A stretch of 64,000 nt of DNA from Dehalococcoidia bacterium (GTDB lineage: Bacteria > Chloroflexota > Dehalococcoidia > Bin125): contig CAXXNO010000012.1 in assembly GCA_963663235.2 (NCBI GenBank), positions 320,001 to 384,000 on the forward strand, in the 5' to 3' direction. The notes under the pieces were generated by a model. That model was given only the letters and a program-made list of their open reading frames with translations. It had not been told where the DNA came from and did not search any database. Below, piece after piece: positions 58,246 through 64,000 of the stretch. Numbering within the stretch: position 1 is the stretch's first letter; the number at the start of each line of letters is the position of its first letter. The position numbers and the translations under genes are program-made.

Positions 58246-59079
58246 CTAGCCTGCCCGTCCCAGGAAAGGCTCCACCGCCTCCAGGAGCCGCTGCGGCTGC
58301 TCGACCATGACCGCGTGCCCGGCATCGGCCACAGTAACCACGCGGCAGTCGTCGATTTCCGCGGCCATCGCCTCGGCGGCCTCAGGGGGTAGATCGGCAC
58401 TTTCGGCGCCCCGCACCAGAAGCACGGCGCAACGGATCCGGGCCAGCCAGGGGCGGACGTCCCAGCGATCGGGGTCGGCTCGTGCTGCGGGGGCCCACTT
58501 GGGGACGTGCCCGCCCTCAGCCGCTCGAAACAGGTACGGCACCAGCCAGGTGAGAGTGGCATCATCGGCGCGGGGCGCCGTGGCCCGCGCCGCCTGGACG
58601 AGCGCTTCGTAGCCCTGCAGCAGCGCGTGTCCTTCGTCGCCGGCCGCCGGTCCCGCCTCGCCGCCCCCCGGCCCCGCCCGGGCCGTCGGCTCAACCAGCA
58701 CGAGCCGCTGCACGGCCGTCGGATACGCCCCGGCCAGCATGGCCCCGAGGACAGCGCCGAAGCCTTGGCCCATCAGGGCATAGCGCCCGATCGCCAGTCG
58801 GGACAGCAACGCCTCGATGTCCGCCCGGTGCTCTCGCGGTCCGTAGGCCGGCGGGCTGACGTGCTCTGAGTCGCCGTGGCCTCGGAGGTCCGGCGCGATC
58901 ACCAGACGCCCCGCCATCAACCGACTGGCCACCGGGTCCCAAACATGGCTCTGGCCGGTGACGCCATGGAGGCAGAGTAGGGGTGGCCACCGCTTCTCCT
59001 CCGGCCCCCACTCCAGCCACGCCAGATCGTGTCCGTTCAGCGTCTCAAAGCGCTCGTGGAAGGCATCCAGTGATGGCAC
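58246..59079 (-). CDS. Alpha/beta hydrolase fold protein
   Basis: LHG, APDLRGHGDS, RLVLVE and AGH; the nucleophile elbow reads GQGFG. Confidence 0.85.
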   Translation of the reverse strand: MPSLDAFHERFETLNGHDLAWLEWGPEEKRWPPLLCLHGVTGQSHVWDPVASRLMAGRLVIAPDLRGHGDSEHVSPPAYGPREHRADIEALLSRLAIGRYALMGQGFGAVLGAMLAGAYPTAVQRLVLVEPTARAGPGGGEAGPAAGDEGHALLQGYEALVQAARATAPRADDATLTWLVPYLFRAAEGGHVPKWAPAARADPDRWDVRPWLARIRCAVLLVRGAESADLPPEAAEAMAAEIDDCRVVTVADAGHAVMVEQPQRLLEAVEPFLGRAG

Positions 59080-59324
59080 CGCTCCAGACTAGCAACCGTC
59101 GGCCCGGCCCCGCCCGCCGTTCAGTCTCGAGCGAGTGCCACCTCTGGCCGGACGCCCTCCCCCTCCACCGTGGGCTACCCTGTATCCACAGGAAGATATA
59201 TTATGTAATACAAGATGCGTCCTCGATAGGGTTGACCGCCCGGTCTCAAGAGGCTTCAATTCGAGGGTAGGAGTTTCCGCTAAACGGAATACTCCCTTTG
59301 CCCGTTCCGAAAGGGGACGTAACT

Positions 59325-59522
59325 ATGGCCTTTTCGACGACCAACTCTAGAGGGCAGACCTACTACCTGCACGGCAAAGACGTCATGCTGAAGAACGGCC
59401 ACGAGCAGCGGATTTACTACTTCGCCAAGCAGCCCAAGGCAGAGGCGATCGAGGCTGTCCCGGCCGGCTACATGATCTCCGAGAACAGCCGGACCGGACT
59501 GCCCGTCCTCAAGAAAGCCTAG
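59325..59522 (+). CDS. Small basic conserved hypothetical protein
   Basis: NSRGQTYYLH..IYYFAK..PAGY...EN.RTGLPVLKK; good RBS and codon usage. Confidence 0.7.
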   Translation: MAFSTTNSRGQTYYLHGKDVMLKNGHEQRIYYFAKQPKAEAIEAVPAGYMISENSRTGLPVLKKA

Positions 59523-59544
59523 ACCACGGTCAACAGGCCTTGTG

Positions 59545-60354
59545 CTACTGGCCGCCGAGCAGCGCCATAGCCTGATCGTGCGCCCGCCGGTCGCCCGCCG
59601 CTAGGACGCCGCCGCCGGACTGCAGCCCCAGCGCTCCGCCTGACCAGTCCGTGATCACGCCACCCGCGCCTTGCACCACGGGCGCGAGCGCCAAGAAGTC
59701 GTGCGGCTGCAAGGAGGCCTCCGCCACCAGGTCGACGAACCCGGTCGCCAGCAGAGCGTACGCGTAGCAATCGGCGCCGTAGCGCACCGTACGCACCGCC
59801 GACCGCACCCGCGCGAACGCCTCCGCATCGGCGCCCTGAAACATTTCGGGTGCGGTCGCATAGAGCATCGCCAAGTCCAGCCGCGGACAAGCGCGGACCC
59901 GGACCGGCTCGCCGTTCAGCGTGGTCAGCGCACCCGCGGTCCCCGTGGTGATGCCGACCCAGCGTTCGTGCGTGATCGGCTGGTCGATGATGCCGAGTAC
60001 GGGCGCTCCGCGATGCAGCAGCGCCACCAGCGTCCCGAATGATGGCTTGCCACTCACGAACGCCTTGGTGCCGTCGATCGGGTCGAGCACCCAGACGTAC
60101 TCCGCATCCGGCCGCTCACTGCCATACTCCTCGCCCACGATGCCGTCGCTCGGACGCTCCGCGCTGATCAGCGAGCGCATCGCCACTTCCGCCTCGCGAT
60201 CGGCAACGGTCACTGGGCTACGATCGGGCTTTTCCTCTACGGCGATCGGCGTCCGAAAGTACGACCGCACTACCGCAGCCGCAGCATCGGCCACGCGTTC
60301 AGCCAGAGCTCGATGCACGGGCAGCACAGCGTCGGTTCCTGGAGAGAATCCCAT
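59545..60354 (-). CDS. Inositol monophosphatase family protein (HisN-like; start uncertain)
   Basis: SPVTVADREAE, GEE, WVLDPIDGTKAF, DCYAY and GGVITDW. Confidence 0.88.
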   Translation of the reverse strand: MGFSPGTDAVLPVHRALAERVADAAAAVVRSYFRTPIAVEEKPDRSPVTVADREAEVAMRSLISAERPSDGIVGEEYGSERPDAEYVWVLDPIDGTKAFVSGKPSFGTLVALLHRGAPVLGIIDQPITHERWVGITTGTAGALTTLNGEPVRVRACPRLDLAMLYATAPEMFQGADAEAFARVRSAVRTVRYGADCYAYALLATGFVDLVAEASLQPHDFLALAPVVQGAGGVITDWSGGALGLQSGGGVLAAGDRRAHDQAMALLGGQ

Positions 60355-60525
60355 TGCCGATAGTTTCCTGGTCCGGCATCAGAAAAGGAAGCAGGTTGCG
60401 GGGAGGCCGATTGTCGCCACGGGGAACGCCCCCTATATTGAGGGCCTTGCCGTCCCAGGGGAATTGGGCTTCACGGCTCGACACCGCGCACATGCGACCG
60501 GCTCTGGTTAAAGGAGGACCCAACC

Positions 60526-61608
<1,083 letters not shown>

Positions 61609-61609
61609 C

Positions 61610-62548
61610 GTGCTCACGGCCCTGCTCCTCTACATCGCCTGGCGACTGCTGGCCCCACTCGTGCGCGCCTTACCCGTGCCCCTCACCTACGCGCTCGGCG
61701 GCGCCATTGTCGAGTGTTCCATGCTGGCCTGGCCCAGCGGCCGCCGCGCGCTGCGTGAGAACCTGGCCGTCGTCCTGAACACGCGCGACCGGCGGATTAT
61801 CGACTATTGGGCCGGGCGTCACTGCCGCCGCTACGGCGAATACCTCATCGATGCCATCCAACTTGACTCCCACACGCCCCAAGAGTGCCGCGCCGCGGTC
61901 GAGACCGATGACTGGCCCGCCCTGGAGCAGGCCGCTGCCGAAGGGCCCCTGATCCTGGCCCTCATGCACTGCGGGAACTGGGACGTGGCCGGCGGCGCGG
62001 TCGCCACACGCATCGGTCCACCCATCGTGCTGGTCGGATCGCTCGGGCACCCCCGGCTGGATGCAGCCGTCCAGGGCGCCCGAGCCCGGATCGGGATGCG
62101 CCCAATGCCCGTTGAGGCCGGCACGCTGCCGGTCCTGCGCGCGCTGAAGGCTGGGGCCACGGTCGGCATCCTTTTCGACCGTCCGCTCTCGCCGGCGGAA
62201 CCCGGCATCGACGTCACCTTCTTCGATCATCCTTGCCGCTTGCCCACCGGCTTGGCCCGGTTGGCTCTGGCCAGCGGGGCGCGCGTCATCCCCGTCGCGC
62301 CGATTCGCCGGTCCAGCCGCGCCTTCCGCTTCCAAGCGCTCCTCGATCTCGACTTCTGCTACCGGCCCACCGCCGACCGCGACCATGACGTGCGCGCCCT
62401 CACCCAAGCGGTCCTGGACGTCTACGAGCGTTGGGTGCGCCGCTATCCCGACCAGTGGTACCAGTTTCGTCGCTTCTTCCTTCCCTACCCAGCTGGACCG
62501 CTCCCGCAAGACACAGATTCAGTGCCCACGGGCATCGAAAACCCATGA
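61610..62548 (+). CDS. Lipid acyltransferase (PatA/LpxL family)
   Basis: HCGNWD, LFDR, VTFF..LPTG.A.LA and YPDQWY. Confidence 0.85.
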   Translation: MLTALLLYIAWRLLAPLVRALPVPLTYALGGAIVECSMLAWPSGRRALRENLAVVLNTRDRRIIDYWAGRHCRRYGEYLIDAIQLDSHTPQECRAAVETDDWPALEQAAAEGPLILALMHCGNWDVAGGAVATRIGPPIVLVGSLGHPRLDAAVQGARARIGMRPMPVEAGTLPVLRALKAGATVGILFDRPLSPAEPGIDVTFFDHPCRLPTGLARLALASGARVIPVAPIRRSSRAFRFQALLDLDFCYRPTADRDHDVRALTQAVLDVYERWVRRYPDQWYQFRRFFLPYPAGPLPQDTDSVPTGIENP

Positions 62549-63420
62549 TTTGGGCCGTCACTATCGTCGTGCTGCGGGCGCTGGCCTCGGTCGTCCCGGC
62601 TCGATTCCTCTATCGCGTGGCGCGCTTCGCCGGCACGCTCGCACTGCCGATCATGGAACGGAGGCGCCTCCGCGTCCGCGCCAACATGCAGCGGCTCCAG
62701 CCGCAGTGGACCGCGCGCGAACTCGATCGCGGAGTGCAGGCTGTGTTTCAAGAGACCGCCTGTTACTACGTCGATCTGGCGCTCCTGCTGCCTCGCCGCC
62801 CCGAGTGGATCTTGGAGCAGCGGCTGGAGATCGAGGGGCTGGGGCACCTCCAGAGCGCCCTCACGGCAGAGAACGGGGTCGTGATGGTCAGCGCTCACCT
62901 CAGCAATCCCGAGGTGGCCATCCAAGCGCTGCCTGCCCTGGGAGCCCGCGCGACGGTGATCGTGGAGTCGCTGCGCAGTCCGCTGCGTCAGCAGGTCATG
63001 CGATCGCTGCGAGAGGCGGGCGGCCATCGCTTCGTCCCCGCGACGCTGGACGGCGTGCGCGACGCCATCGGGACCCTCAACGGGGGTGGCGTTGTGGCAG
63101 TCCTGACCGACCGTGACATCCAGGGGGGCGGGATCTGTGTCCCGTTGGCCGGGCGGCTCGCCCGCTTCCCCACCGGGGCGATCGACTTGGCCCTCCGTAC
63201 GAACGCGACGCTGCTCCCTGCCTTTGCGACACGCATCCGGGACGATCGCTTTCGCGTCGTCTTCCTAGAGCCCGAATCGCTCCCCCATGACGATGATCGG
63301 GCCCGGGCCGTACGCGCCGGGCTCGCTCGCCTGATCGGACGGCTGGAGCCACACATCCGGGAGCACGTCGACCAATGGCGTGTATTCGAGTCGCCCTGGC
63401 GGTCCTGTCGCGATGCCTGA
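62545..63420 (+). CDS. Second PatA/LpxL-family acyltransferase
   Basis: HLSNPE, LTDRD, FPTGA..LA and DQW; ATGA overlap with the upstream paralog. Confidence 0.85.
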   Translation: MIWAVTIVVLRALASVVPARFLYRVARFAGTLALPIMERRRLRVRANMQRLQPQWTARELDRGVQAVFQETACYYVDLALLLPRRPEWILEQRLEIEGLGHLQSALTAENGVVMVSAHLSNPEVAIQALPALGARATVIVESLRSPLRQQVMRSLREAGGHRFVPATLDGVRDAIGTLNGGGVVAVLTDRDIQGGGICVPLAGRLARFPTGAIDLALRTNATLLPAFATRIRDDRFRVVFLEPESLPHDDDRARAVRAGLARLIGRLEPHIREHVDQWRVFESPWRSCRDA

Positions 63421-64000
63421 TCGCGGGCTCGACGCACCGCCGCCACCCCGACTCGGTGTCGCCGACCTGCAGACGCACACCACGCACAGTGACGGCATCG
63501 GCACGCCGGAAGCGATGGTCCGTTGGGCCGATGCCCACACCGATCTCGATGTGCTGGCGGTCACGGACCACGATGACCTCAGCGGCGCCGTGGCCGCGCG
63601 CGCTGCGGCCGAGCGACTCGGCAGCCGCATGCAGGTCATCGTCGGCATGGAGATCACCACGCGCGGCGGTCACTTGCTAGCGCTGTTCCTGGAGGAGCCG
63701 GTGCCTTCGTTCCGTTCCCTCGCCTCTACGCTGGAAGCGGTGCACGCGCAGGGCGGGCTATGCGTCGTGCCGCATCCCCTCAGCGTGCTGCCCCCGAGCA
63801 TTGGGCGCCGCGCTATCGATTGCCTTGGGACGGAACGACGCGACGGCCGCCACCTGGACGCCGTTGAGTTGGCCAACCCGGCGCACCTCGCCCGCCTAGC
63901 AAGCGCGCGCGTGCGCCGGCTCAACGCCCGGCGCTGGCACCTCGCTGAAACCGGCGGCAGCGACGCCCACCTGCCCGAGGCGATCGGCGGCGCCGTCACG
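63413..64000 (+). CDS. PHP-domain protein (3' partial; not in the ORF track)
   Basis: ADLQTHTTHSDG, AVTDHD, GMEITT..GH, PHP and GGSDAH. Confidence 0.88.
   Translation, partial: MPDRGLDAPPPPRLGVADLQTHTTHSDGIGTPEAMVRWADAHTDLDVLAVTDHDDLSGAVAARAAAERLGSRMQVIVGMEITTRGGHLLALFLEEPVPSFRSLASTLEAVHAQGGLCVVPHPLSVLPPSIGRRAIDCLGTERRDGRHLDAVELANPAHLARLASARVRRLNARRWHLAETGGSDAHLPEAIGGAVT

Overview
A high-GC bacterial chromosome segment. Four luciferase-like (LLM) oxidoreductases, LPXTG surface proteins and an actinobacterial-type ino1 suggest Chloroflexota/Dehalococcoidia, but this is inference only. 1-34 kb holds metabolic and surface-protein genes, including ppdK, a penicillin-acylase-family hydrolase, a hydantoinase and several LLMs. 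It also has a tandem LPXTG pair bracketed by a 29-bp direct repeat, three putative secreted proteins sharing an unnamed ~75-aa domain, and a HigBA-like toxin-antitoxin pair. The main candidate for a new system is 37.3-55.2 kb, a compact siphovirus-type virion and lysis cassette. It encodes terminase, portal, prohead protease, HK97 capsid, neck, tail tube, tail chaperones with an intact -1 slippery site, a tape measure of only 211 aa, Dit, fibre, hub, holin-like proteins and a lytic transglycosylase. I found no integrase, replication or immunity genes, so it looks like a gene-transfer-agent (GTA)-like or domesticated prophage module. It is filled with two families of co-oriented palindromic repeats that are often read in frame, and one repeat-built ORF is translationally coupled at both ends. 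The capsid gene carries an early in-frame stop, so activity is unproven. A STAND/TPR NTPase lies upstream of the cassette. 55-64 kb holds gdhA and an inositol-lipid-like cluster. About a dozen frameshifts or nonsense codons occur, mostly in accessory genes, and may be real decay or assembly error.
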